A model generated the notes under the pieces. It did no database searches and was not told the DNA's origin. It saw only the letters and a list, made by a program, of their open reading frames with translations. The position numbers and the translations under genes were made by a program. 64,000 bases of DNA from Bugula neritina (lineage: Eukaryota > Animalia > Bryozoa): contig OZ037768.1 of NCBI GenBank assembly GCA_964035545.1, positions 4,062,741-4,126,740 on the forward strand, written 5' to 3'. This document shows positions 41,301 to 54,600 of the stretch, in pieces. How positions within the stretch are numbered: position 1 is the first letter of the stretch; each line of letters opens with the position of its first letter.

Positions 41301-43566
41301 TATACATTATTGCAATTGCGCCCTTTTTAGCACAAAGAGATTGTATATGTTTCACCCAGAATCTCAAACATTTCTCTCTCTCGAGTTATTCAATATTTGA
41401 TCTCAAATAATTATTATTGTAATATATTATTATGTTATATTATTATTATATTATATTGTTGTATTATATTATTATGTCCTATTATTATTACATTATATGA
41501 TTGTATTATATGTACCAGATCCTCACTTCGGATAACCTGGTTGTTGTCATGGAGCATTGCTGCTCTCTCATTAAATCCAAGTCTCGAGAAGTTGTCACCC
41601 CAGCTCTATCTCTCCTTAAAGTCATCATAGGTAAGCTGAGAACTAATTTATAACCATCTATCTATCTATTATAAACTGAAGCAAAGTTTAGCTGCCAGCA
41701 CTGTATGTACTATGTCCAGCCCCTTAATATGTGTCCTGTGGATGATGAATGTCGGTTGTGTTCTTTCCAGGTAGCTTTGATGTAACTGTTCTAGCCAGAT
41801 ATTTACAGCCCGTCTGTGAATCTTTGGCTCACATGAAAGAAGACAACAGACATCATGTGCGGTTTAAAGTGAAGGAAATTCTTGAGCGAGTAGTCAGGAA
41901 ATTTGGGTGCGTTTTGTTGATTTGTAGTTTTTTCTTCATCACTATATGCACGTCTACTTGAACTCATTTCCAGCTACTTTCTTTCATACTTGTTGGGGTA
42001 TATCTGCTTGCAGGTTTGAAACAGTGCATAAGCTGCTACCAGAAGCTTTTCATAAGCAGCTGGTAAATGTAAGAAAGGCTCAGGAGCGCAAGAAGAGAGA
42101 GTCTGTATCAGGGAAGCACTCAGGCAAGCAACAGACTGACGATGGCGAAGATGAGTCTTTGTTGCAATCTGTTAAGAAATCTCAGCCAGAGAGGTTAGTG
42201 GCACACCCAGTCAGTCGTACACTATCATTACTGTTCTCTGAGCACTGCCGTTTAGTTCCTTGCTTTCATCAGCTTTCATTTCCATGTTAATTTATTGACT
42301 TTACATGTTTTGCAGAAAAGATGCAGTTTTGTGCTGATGCCAGTATTTCGTTTCTGTTTAGCATTGATGAGCTTCTTCGAGATTCTGACTCCGAGATGGA
42401 AACTGATGAAGCTGCAGGTGGACAGAGCAAGAAGGCCAAGTCTTCTGTCACTGTACCAACGTGGTTGAGAGATGATAGTGACAACATTACTGATTTCTTA
42501 GATAAGAGTGCTGCTAAGAATATTATAGCTTCAAGACCAACAGTCCGAAGACCAGAGAAATCTAAAGAGTTGTCTGAACAGTTCAAGACTGGTGCAGATG
42601 GTAGAATGGTTATCACTGAGCTGGAGCAAGACCAGCCTGTTCCAACACATAGAGATGATGGTAATTGTTTCTCTTTCTGGTTTTATTTCTACTTTAGGTT
42701 GTGTTGTCAGACCAGAAGGTTTAAGTTATTGTTACTATTACAGGTCAAGCTGAGTTAGATGACATAGATGATATCTTTGAGCAATTCGAAATGCAGGCTG
42801 GAAAAAAGGTAGTCGCAATTTTTACTGATGTATTTGCTCTACAGGTGCAAGTTTTCAGTAATTTTGAGTCATGGCCAAAGTCTTACTCAATAACATTTTC
42901 GATTCTGGTCGCAATATATTAGTAATTTTTTTAGAGTAAAAAGAGAAAAATAGAAATGATGAGTGAGTCCGCCAGTCAAATCTCAGCGTCAACATATGCA
43001 CGTAAGCTATCCTATGTACAATATCATAATTTTATTGTGAAACAATTAGGCTTCTTGTGTTACTGTACGTACATCAACCTGTACTTTTTTTCTATTATTA
43101 TTGTATTGTTTTTATTAGCTGGTGGCCGCGGTATCCATAGGCCTCTTGGTAACAAAAAAGGTAGATTTGAGCCACCCACTCACACTGGTGCTGAATTTAA
43201 AGCTAAGGTCAGTAATTAGTATTTTTTGTTTTTCACTTACGAAATATATCGATGATGTAACACATTAGCTAACTGTCTATTACTTTTTAGAAAGCAGCTG
43301 GTGATATTAAAAAGAAGAATAAAGTGGATCCCTATGCCTACATACCTTTGAATACGACTAATTTGAACAGAAGGTACATTTTCTTAATATATGCTTATCA
43401 ATACTTGTAAAAAGATTTACTTTTTAGTGTTGTTTAACCTAATCCTGTGTTGGTTTTTTACAGGAAAGCTGCAAAGATGAAAGGGCAATACAAAAACCTT
43501 GTTGGTGGTGCTCAAAAAGGGGCAGTTAAAGGGAAAAGGGGGCATAAAGCTGGAAAAAGAAAATAA
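32314..43566 (+). CDS. RRP12: RRP12-like HEAT-repeat ribosome biogenesis/export protein (NUC173 domain), multi-exon
   Basis: N-terminus [32 protein letters not shown]. Internal motifs [80 protein letters not shown] and [10 protein letters not shown]-terminus [43 protein letters not shown]. Confidence 0.95.
34175..34374. repeat. Intronic 15-bp minisatellite (acctgctatataatt, ~13 copies)
   Basis: Visible tandem array in an RRP12 intron. Confidence 0.9.
36290..36388. repeat. Intronic ~18-bp tandem repeat (tcacataatgtgtcacag) ending at a splice acceptor
   Basis: About 5 copies; the last one supplies the AG at 36387-36388. Confidence 0.85.
39511..39890. repeat. Intronic 15-bp minisatellite (cacctactacctgtt, ~25 copies)
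   Basis: Tandem array starting ~20 nt after the donor at 39491; it explains the ORFs at 39570-39988. Confidence 0.95.
40197..40266. repeat. 20-bp tandem repeat x4, each copy containing TGTTACAG, at an RRP12 acceptor
   Basis: ttacag ends at 40206, 40226, 40246 and 40266. Confidence 0.9.
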
Positions 43567-43937
43567 ATGTCAAGTTTAAACATATATATAAACAATAAAT
43601 TTATTAATTAAAATATAAATAAGTCATTATTTTAGACTAATCCGTAAGTATTTGATAATTTAAAATAGTCTATTGATAATTACATGCATTTAAAAATAAA
43701 GGGTGGAAACAATATATACAGTGTTCATAGATGACAATCAATGCTATTTGTAACCTACATATATCTCAAATCTTCTAGACAAACATCTACCACAAAAAAT
43801 GTTGCCATATTAGTCAAACATTTCAATCTCTTTCAAGCACTGCAAACAAGAGTTAGGTTCAGCATAACAGTTAAAACTGTGATTGAACCTCATCACTATA
43901 TAACTGAATTATAGATAACTAGGCCTTCCTCCATCAC

Positions 43938-46900
43938 CTATGTCTCTTCTTCGGTGTCGAGGAAGTCCCAGATTAGTATAGTGTCATCATGAGAACTTGA
44001 AACGATTTGGAATTCATCAAATTGTAGTCTGAAAACTCTCCCAGAATGTTCCTACAAAAAGAGATAAAAATGAAATAACATTGATAATCTTTCACTATGT
44101 CAGTTGGCATACAAGAGGTTTAAATAAAATAGCATCAATATGTTTTACTAAAAATCAACTAGAGTACAACTTTGTAATCATAGCTACGAGGTCATAAATT
44201 TTCAGTTTTCCTCATCGAACTAAAATATAAATTTGACATACCACAAGTGTTCTCAAACAGAGGGTACCATTAGGTGTTCTGGGATCCAATGCGGCTTGCA
44301 AGTCCCAAACTTTGATTTTTCTAAAATAATTCAACTTCTATATAAAATTTAACCTCATTTGAAATCAATGACAAACAAGCTTATTTGCTGTTCAATTCTC
44401 TTACCCATCATATGCTCCGCTCACAATTCTTTTGCTATCAAATCTGATACACCGGACGAGCTCTTCGTGACCTTCTAGCACTCTCAGACAGGAACCAAAA
44501 TCTATGTCCCACAGTCGTATTGTGTTGTCACTACTGCCACTCACTACGAGGTTGCCATGGTACTGGAGACAAGCAATTCCTCGTCTGTGGCCATTCAATG
44601 TTCTTACAAACTCGCAGCTTGATGTGTCCCACACCTTCATAACAAAACATGAACTACTCTTGGCCTGGTTTTAAAGCATGTTTTGTTTTTCTATTCCATC
44701 AATAAGTTTAATGAGAAAGTAGATAGTATAGAGTGTCACCCAATAGGAGGTAATGATGGCGCTCATTAATACACCGATAGCAGAGCTAGTGGGGGCACAT
44801 GTGCAGATATTGCTCAGTTTATGAGTACACAACGAGGAAGACATATAATCGTATTTCTACCAACCTTGATAGTCCTGTCTCCAGAGGCAGATACTATGTA
44901 TTTGTGGTCAAAGTCTACAACATTCACAGCTGCTCGGTGGCCCACTAAAACTCTTCTCAGGTTTATATCTGACGGGGATTGCATATCCCACACTGCTATT
45001 GAACGATCCTGCAATAAAATAGACCGTCTCAGCACAAAGTTAGGTTTCTCATTGGATTTCCACTGATCCAACAAATTGGCTCAGTAGCATCATATAATCC
45101 AAAATAGATGCAAATACAAAAATTATCTATAAAACACCATCAACAAGCCTAATATTATAAATATAATATTTAATAATTATGGTAAACCAATAATTGTATG
45201 GTCTTAGCAGCATTGTTATTTAAATTAATTAAGTTGGTTGATGCAAATAAAGAAGTACAGCAGCTACTAGGTAACTAGACCATTAAAGCCATGAATGATT
45301 TCCTCCTTACCTTTGAACAAGTCACCATAATGCCATCTTGAAACCTCAAGTGGAGGACGGCTTCTGAATGGTGGATTAAAGTATTCTGTAGACTACCATC
45401 TGTGATCCTCCACACTCTTCACAAGTAAAACATAAGCAACACATTAAAAGAATGCTTTAAACTACAAAATTCAACTTTCCTTTACGAAAACTTTTACTGT
45501 CGCCCTGATATATATCATGCAACTTTTTGCAGCTACATAATATATTGCAGTAGGCAGGTATCATTTTATTATACATAAATATTTTGTGTAAATAGTTTAT
45601 TCACATTCACTACATTTAATGATACAGCTGTTGAAAAATTCACAAAAGCATAATGTTGTACAAAAGCTATTCTAGCTGAACTATTCAAGTATCCAGATGT
45701 GCAATAATTTGCTTTGTTGTTTAAAGTGGCCTGGACTCGTTACTACGAGTGATGAATATGTATCTGTGCTGTATTAGAATTCTTGTTATTTACAATAAAT
45801 CATAAATTAAAACACAAGAATGATTACCGAACAGTGGAGTCACTCGATCCTGATATTATGATATTCTTGTCGTACTGAAGACAAAGGACAGACCCTGTGT
45901 GGCCAGTCAGTGTGTTCTCACATTCCAGTGTCTTTCTGTTCCACATCTAAATTATATTCACATGAACTTTACTGTACAGCGCCTTACATTTTATCATCAA
46001 AATCTGCACAGTGATTGGTTAAAAACTACAGCATTTATTTTTTTTGTAAATTCAACTAAAAAAACTACTAGATTGTAATAAAAAAATTGACTCTATTTTA
46101 GAAATGAATTCATAAAACTAGAAGTACAACAAATAGAAACTGCATTACCTTGATAGAATTATCCCTCAGACCACTGATAATCTTGTTCTCATCATACTGC
46201 AAACAGTACACACCTTTGCTGCTTTCACTTCGACACACAATCTTTTCCAAGCGGTGTTTTCCTGTGCGCCAATTGTTTTCAATACGCTGCAGAAAAGTAA
46301 AAAATTAAAACACTGCACCCCATTCCCCATGTAGAAACCATTCAGTAAAATAAGTTTGAACGAATATTTGAGAGAAAGATCAAAGTTCACCAGCAAAAAG
46401 GCGTCAATCATAACTTACTTCAATATCTGCAATGAGCTTAGGGTATAGACTTCTGTAATATTTATGTGCATTTCCTTGACTGTTTGGTTTGAAGAGAGTT
46501 ACCATCCTGCAAGAAGGGAAATAGTGTCTGTTTATACACTAAATACCAATGCAACTGATACCCAAAGCAGACATGCAGCACCAAAGGGCGCAATGATATA
46601 AGACTGATACACAAACTAGTGCTGGGCCAATTATGAAATAATTAGAGCAACTGGTATTGAACAAACTGATAATAGTAATTACCCGCACACTTGCAACTGT
46701 TCCAATTTTTCACAATCCTGTTGTTAACACACAAATTTGACATAATTGCAGGTAAATCTGTATTTGCAATTATTGAACAAATATCAATAACTAGCGCAGC
46801 ACTAACACATACACACTTCACCAATAATGTTAATATAAAAAAGAAGCAAAATTATCATGTAAAAATACACAAACAGTATTATTGAGAACTACTTCTGCAG

Positions 46901-49494
46901 CAGAATTCGACAAGACCTACCACCCACGGCGTTCGGCTAAGCCCCTCCATAGGTCATCGGTGATAACCATGTGCTCTATATATTTTTTCCAGAGCATACC
47001 GTCCGATATGACTCTGTACCATTCTTTGCAGACAAGTTCCGCAGCCTTTAGAGAGTCTGCATCTAAGTATGAGAGGATTTTCTCCGCAACATGGTCTAAT
47101 CCTTTTCCTATAAGTAACCATAACCGGTAAACTACTATGGTTTAATTTCACCACACAGCACCACCATATCGTGTTGGCTAGCTTATAAGAAATTTCCTAA
47201 ACATAGATTTTAAAGCATATGTTATGTAACAGTAAAATTGTTAAACTATGGAGGTTACCAGATTCATGAGTTCCACAGAATAGAACAACGTAAGAATAGC
47301 CGTGGCTTTAGAGATAGCAGTGATTGTGTAACACAGTGTGTCATCGTGTAATGTGTAATGCAGTGTGTCATCAAGCGCTGCAAACCCTAAAGCATTTAGT
47401 AAAACTCTGTGCTACTCTAAAGTAAACTTATGTTTCTTATATAGATTAAGGCAAAAAGATGTTTAGAATCCAAAAAGTATTTTGACAAAAATTTCTCACA
47501 GTGATCGTGAACAAATGCCAGAGTCATCATCACTATAATATATGCTTATACAGCTCTTACATTCTTGCTATGTTGCATTGCTGTATAGGACTTTTAGGAA
47601 TTTAGCATAAGTTCTAATTATACAGTTTCACTGTAAAATAAAATAATAATTTTATGTGTAAGCACAAGGCGCATCACCTGGCAAAGCAGTGATAAAATCT
47701 CTTTGGAGCATTGGCCGCAAGTAACCATTGATTAGGCCGTGCTGATAATGACACATCTTTGAGAAGAGTTGTGTGATGAAGTCAACCTGCTGATGCTCCT
47801 CCCACTTTACGAATACGTTGATGCATTGCTCCGCCTCTTTTTCATATTGTTCTTGGTCAAATAGCTTCTTTTCAGCCTGTGGAATGCTCCAAATACTTCG
47901 CACGTTGGCAGCTAAGTTTACCTAAAGAAAGTGAAACTAAAAACTTCATTAACTATTTTTATTATTTATTATACTATGGTAAAATTATTAAAACAATAGC
48001 AACTCAGTGCCAATGAAAACTTTAGTTTTAAATAAAAATAATAACAACATAAAAAGTAATAAGTGAACAGCAAAAGCTACTTGATAATCCGCAGGCTGGT
48101 GACAACCTCGCTTGATGTCGCAACTTTTAATGCGACCAGATTTGCGTTGAATAAGTCGATTTAAAACATGTCTGGCAATTCTAACTCGTAGATGGCAGTG
48201 GTCTTTCATTAGTGTAGAGTCACTCATATTCAGAAATTTAATTATATATAATGGTCATCACTATTTTCACAGTTATTGCATGCTGTAAGCCATTGTTGGT
48301 TTCAGAGAAACACATTAATTTTATAAAATATAATGTCAATAACAATAATAATAACATTCTTATCGTCTTAACAATCGTTTTATTGAGGTGTTAACTTTAA
48401 AAATTATATCTAATATACTGTTAAAAGATGACATTAGGACTTTTACTATGCGAATCGAAGTTATATCGTAACTTGCTAGCCTATGTTTCTGTGTCAGCAA
48501 CATTAATATACTCAATTATTTTTCAATAATCCCTCCCACATTCTAATGCCACGAGGTGAAAGTTAGTATTTTAATGAAAACTTTGAAGAACTGATGATTA
48601 AAAAAGTCAGTGTGATTTTCTATAAATAAAATAAAAGACTCTTTATATTTTGATTTAGTGAAAATTAGTCAAAACTCATTAAAGGGAATACTAACAACAA
48701 ACTAATTTTAAGCAACCTACACATAAATACTAGCTACTTTAAATGCTGCAATAATTCACCACCAATATAAAGTTTAAACCTTGTCTGAGCAGAACTTAAG
48801 TTCAAGCTTTATTATTTATCAAAACCAACCAAGTTAGAAACAAAAACATCTTCACTACTACAAGTTTTTCAGCGTGCCTTCATTGAGCATACAATATTTA
48901 AATTTCAGTATCTTAGAATAGCATAGTAGGCCTATACAAGGTTTGTATATCAGTATAAGAGGTAAATAAGTTTTTACCCGATGTTCTTCGTCTGTTAATA
49001 ATTTGAGTCGGCCTGGCTGAATGTGACTGCTTATTTCTAAATTGGAAGCTAGTGAAACAGAAGAAGTTGGGTCTGTGACCATAAAATCTGGGCCCCCTCG
49101 GTTCACCTAAAACAAAACATTCAATAGATGTCACATCAAGTTGGCATACTTTTTAAGATACTGGTTGGTAAAACTAAATATTCTATCACATCAAAACTAT
49201 TCAAGTAGTAATATTAATACTTATACAGTTATAGTAATCATAAATCTAATAGAAATAATAATATTAATATTATTGCTAAGTCTAAATCTAATACTTATAG
49301 TTATACTAATACTAATAGTAATATTAATAGTAATAGTTATACTTATAGACCTTATAGTTATACTTTAAGTTTATAGTTTATATTATAGTAATACTTACAG
49401 GCTGAGAAACTAGGTCTGTGTTGTTTAAATTTAGTTCTCCTTCATCATCAGAATTAAAAGATCGAGTATCCATTGGGTCTTGATCTTGATCCAT
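43938..49494 (-). CDS. BTRC: beta-TrCP / slimb / FBXW1-FBXW11 F-box WD40 protein
   Basis: Probable start [11 protein letters not shown] at 49494. D-domain [39 protein letters not shown]-box [30 protein letters not shown]40 repeats including [42 protein letters not shown] and [34 protein letters not shown] at 43938-43940. Confidence 0.96.
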
Positions 49495-49959
49495 TTTATC
49501 ATATGAAAACTACAAGATGAAATAACTAATTTAAAATCTTAATTATTATTCTGATACAAAATGAAAATGAAAACCAAATATCAAATTTAACTTATTTTGC
49601 TACTAAAAACTCTGTTATTGATCAAAGCAGTTCTACGTTTGACTTCATTTATCACGAAGCGTAAACATAACGCTCTCATAATAATGTTGGGAACATAGTC
49701 TCAAAATCGGAAATTCGTATAGTACGCAAAACTGTATAGCTTGCCGTCTTAGGTTTAAATAGACTTGAAGAAATATATTATATTACAGATAATAGAGATC
49801 TCTACCTACGATTGAAAGTTTTTTGTCAGGATCATAGGCTTTAGTAAGCGTACCGATCGTGTTGGATACATAAAATTAAAATAAAAGCTCTAATTATTTT
49901 ACATCATTATCATACATCTTACATTGCTTTACTAACTGGTAACTACTGAGAACACTAAC

Positions 49960-50210
49960 AGTAATTCCTCCTACTGCTATTATTACTAGTACTACTGATG
50001 CTGCTGCTGCTGCTACTACTACTAAGTACTAGTAGTACTGGTACTAGTACTAGTAGTACTAGTAGTAGTAGTAGTCTAGTACTAGTAGTAGTAGTAGTAG
50101 TACTACCAGTACCACTAGCCCTAGGCACTACTAATACTAATAGTAATAGTAATAATAATACTAATAGTAATAGTCTATTACTATTAGTATTACATTTGCT
50201 GCTATTATTA
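49960..50210. repeat. TAG/TAC/TAA triplet low-complexity tract
   Basis: Runs such as agtactagtagtactggtactagtactagtagtagtagt and ctaatagtaatagtaataat. Confidence 0.85.
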
Positions 50211-51661
50211 TATGTATATTTATTAAATTTAATGCCTCCTTATTGCTTATAGTTATAGTTAATAAGTTATATTTATTGAGAGCGTTAGCGTACAACTGCA
50301 CATTTAGTGCTTTACCTTATTCATATTGCTCGAAATGTTTCAATTTGAGAAACTTTAAAATAAAAATTACCTTGATAATTATAATGATAATCATAATGTT
50401 TTTGTTCAATTTGTATCTTGTTATAAAATTTTCAGTCAAGCTGTTATACTAATACTATTTTGGGCAGAATTACTTAATTATAATCACAATGATATCACAG
50501 CGAAAATCACAATGATAATAATAGTTATAGTGATGTGGTCAATAACTTAGTTTTAGAGTCTGGAGGCTTATAGCTACTGCTAGTGCTATAAGATTACGTA
50601 TATATTACAGTTATGTAGTTGTATACAAGCTCTTAGTCGTATGGTTTGGTTCACTCACAGTTGAACTCATTTATTCAAACATAATATAGATATAGCTAAT
50701 CATCATTTTTTGGTTTTGAAATTCGAATTTATTAGACTTGGTTACTGTAATAAAGCTCTGCTCATACTCATTTTGGAACTCAAGCTTTTTTACTTTTGAC
50801 TTAATGAGTGTTATTATGACACTCATCTGATTTTCAAGTACATTTTAATGTTTATCTTTGTCTTGCTTATATTTATATTATAATAAATTGATGAAAATCA
50901 GTTTGAAAAATAGCCTATATAGCTTTAATTTTATTCATAGTACTTATTATTGTATTAAAATTCTTTATTTTCATTTTATTAAAACTTGTATTTTCTAATT
51001 ATTTAATGGTGGTGGTTGCCTGATGTATGTCATTTATTGCATTGGTTGTTGAAGTTTTTGGTCTAACATTATTTTGGTAATTATAAAATTTTAATAGATA
51101 AGCATCATTCCTATTTTTATGCACAGCACTAGGGGCATAATTTATTACTGCAAGTTCTTGACTGCAGTTATAAACTGGAGCTAAGAGATCTGGCTATATT
51201 TATGAAATACAAAATTATTCGGCCGATTTCAGAATCAGCTAACATCTTGAACAAAGTTGTATTCAGACCATACACTAGCTTTAGTTGTAGCCCAACCAAA
51301 TATAATGATAATAATAGGTAGGAGAGCCTGATAATTTTTGCTTTTAGTAAAAACTTGCAACTTTTCTTGATCTTGATAAAAACCAGGGAAATGCTTCAGT
51401 TTTGGGAAGTAGTTTAAATATTTTATCATAAAGACTAATTTAATTTTAGTTGAAGATACTTTTGCTAGAAAGTTGTATAATAAACTTAGTTTTGTTTTCA
51501 GTTGTTGATAAAATTTGTGCTGTTGTGGTTTTATAATTTTATTTCAATATAGTTTCAATTTCAATTAGTCTAACACCCAGGTGCTGTAATAGTATTTGAT
51601 TTATTATTGTAGAACTGATTTCTAGAGGAATGCTGTTAACTTAATTATTTTAACTCAAATG

Positions 51662-54600
51662 ATGGGTAGTACGTCTTCCGCCCCTGAAACAGTGTCACCA
51701 ACGAGTTCAGCTACTAACAATTCTAGCCACTATCCTCAATCCAGAGGGCCTCGAACTTTTGAACAAGTACCAAATATCAATATTTCATCAGGTACACTCA
51801 TTTCTGTACATGTTGCTAAACATCGCATACCTTTATATAAGTTCAGAATAGTTCAAGTCAAGTTCCAGCATTAAAAATTAAATTTAAAATATTCTGCTTG
51901 GATCAGAATAATGCAATCTACATATAAACATTCAGAACATCTTTAGGAGTTGTCATTCCGTCTTTATCAGTACAATAAACTAGCATAACATGGTAGTATT
52001 GTAACAACTTTAGGCAAAGCTGCTCCCACTAACTCTAACCAAGCCCAAAGTTTGTCTGTCAACCAAGGAGCTGGTACTTCTGGAAAGAACAGCCAAGAAA
52101 ATATTCATGTTGCTCACAATCCAACAACATACCAGGTGAATTTTCTTATCATTTTCCTATTAACTAAAAGGAAGTGTTTTTGTTTTGTAAAATGTTTTAA
52201 AGTAGTTTAACCAATAATGATGCTAATGAAGCTGTGTTGCTAATTTTTTGGTTATGTTAATGAAACATTTTTACTGAAAAAATTTATTCCAACTCCCATA
52301 ATCCCCAATGTGTATAATAAACCCATTATACATAATATATTTTACTAACCATTATACATAATTTATAGTAGTACTCATTGTACACAATATATATCATTAC
52401 TCAATGTACCTAATATATAGTATTACTTCCTATATTGTAATATGACTGTTTATACATGTATAATATGTACTACTAACCAGTATACATAATATGCAATATA
52501 ATCTTTGCCCAAGTGGTTGATTTCACAAGGATATTAGTTTTATTTGTTACAACTGATAAACAATACAGTTAACATACATAGAGTCGGAAGCCACTCATTG
52601 TCAACCTGTTTCTATGGACATCAGATTCTAAACTTGTTGAATGGCTAATCTAAAAGAAACGTTTTATAACAGGATGGGGTAGCTGTGTTCGAGACCTTCC
52701 ACCAAGACAGCGGCAACTACCCATGTATATACTTATCAAGAAAGCGCTACTATGTAAAGTCATTGGATGATCAGGTTTGTATTTCTACTTCCTTTTACAA
52801 TTTACCTCGCAAGTGTTTGCTAGAATGTTTAAAGTATTTTAAAAATGCTGAAAATCCTTTAATAACAATTTTAATGGAGACGAAACGTTTGCATTGATAT
52901 TTATTTTTGTGAAAAGATTTGGCTACCGTTTCCAGAAGATTTGTACTCGAAAGGAATCCTCACCACTGACGAGATTATTGATGGTGAGACACTCATTCAT
53001 GTAAGTTTCTTCCTCCTGTCTAGCTCTTTGTTCTGGAAGGCTAAGAGAGAAGTTGCTAAATTCTTTTGGTGGTTTTATTTTGTAGGCGATAAAGGCACAG
53101 TTATCTTACAGCCCATCGTCCACAGAATCCACGGTAAGTATGTTTTGGTGGAACTTGTTTTATTTACTTTTGAAATATTTTCTAACAGTGATCATTATTT
53201 CAATATGCTAATGTGCACTTGTTCTAGTTGATGAAATTATAATAATTAGGTTAATCAATTCTAGTTCATTTTCAAAGTCATTTGTCACTGAAATTATTTT
53301 TACCCAAATAATGCATTTATTCACAAATTAGTCGACTAGATGCCTCAACCCTGCATGCTTGCTGCTTGCTTGTGTCAGATATTGGAATTATTATTGATTT
53401 GATATACTTTAGTCTGAGCTCCTGAGATATTGCTCAATGTACTCAAGTATTACAATCCTTTCACAAAACTTTGTGCAAATAAGAGGCTTTGAATGACAGT
53501 ATTGGCATGTTTCACCTCTGTTATAGACTATAAAAAATGTTTCCTATAATTAGTATTATTTATTCGATCATATTTGATATTTCATTCATTTGTTACATTC
53601 ATTTGTTTACTCATTAGTCATTCCTGTCATCATAGGCTGAGCCATCTACAAATATACATAATGGGACGGGTGGACAGATCAGGCACCCCACCAAAGGGCC
53701 TGTATATACACATTTGTTAGAAGAAAGAAGATATGTTCACTGTTTCTTTGACGAGTCTTCCGGTAGTTATGTAATTGTGCCTCTTGCACTGGAGTTGCTT
53801 TCCCCAGATATTGCCAACATGGTAACACAAATCCAGGTGACTATTTCATTAAGATAATATGTTGTTTTCTTTTAATTTTTAACCTATGTGTGTGTGTAGA
53901 TCTAATATCGATTGTTGAACTACATGCTGACCCTTTCTTCCCTTATAGTCATAAATGGCCAATATTTCTCATAGTATATATTAATCACCACTCAGTCTTG
54001 TATTGCGGTTTATTCTTTGAATTTGCTTTTTACAGCTGTATATGAAAATGTTGCATAGTACTATAGTACTTTAGTACTATTCTAATAAACGTCAAATGTA
54101 TTTTCTAAAACTCTCAGGTAAATGTAACGAAGGTAAACTTTTTGTACATGTTAGTCCGATAAAAGAAATTCAAGATATGAAAATATTACTTTCCATTGTA
54201 TAATATATATCATATAAGTTATTTTGGTGTTGATTTGGGATATTTTCACTGAATAATACCAACTGAAAATGAAGACCTGCTATGTTGTGATTTTGCAGGT
54301 GGTATATTTGGTTTATTGCTGAAACTTTTAAGCATTGTTCTTTGCAGCGTGCAGTTTATCCTCCCCCTTTGGCTATATGATATATGCAAGATATTTATTT
54401 TATACCCATATGTTTAAATATTATTATTATACGTATATTATATGCTATGGAAACGTTTTATAGGCTAAAAGGACATGAGAGCCACAAGTTAAAGCTTATA
54501 GTTTCCTATGCTTTTTTGATATCACATAAAAATGTGTTATGAGTTGTTAGCTGAAGCATTCAACTTTAGAGTAAACTATTCTTACAAATATTTTTACATA

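Noticed and set aside
49998-50252. Hydrophobic signal-peptide-like ORFs (also 31870..32088 and 49141..49368)
   Set aside because: Translations of TAN-triplet low-complexity DNA, not credible proteins.
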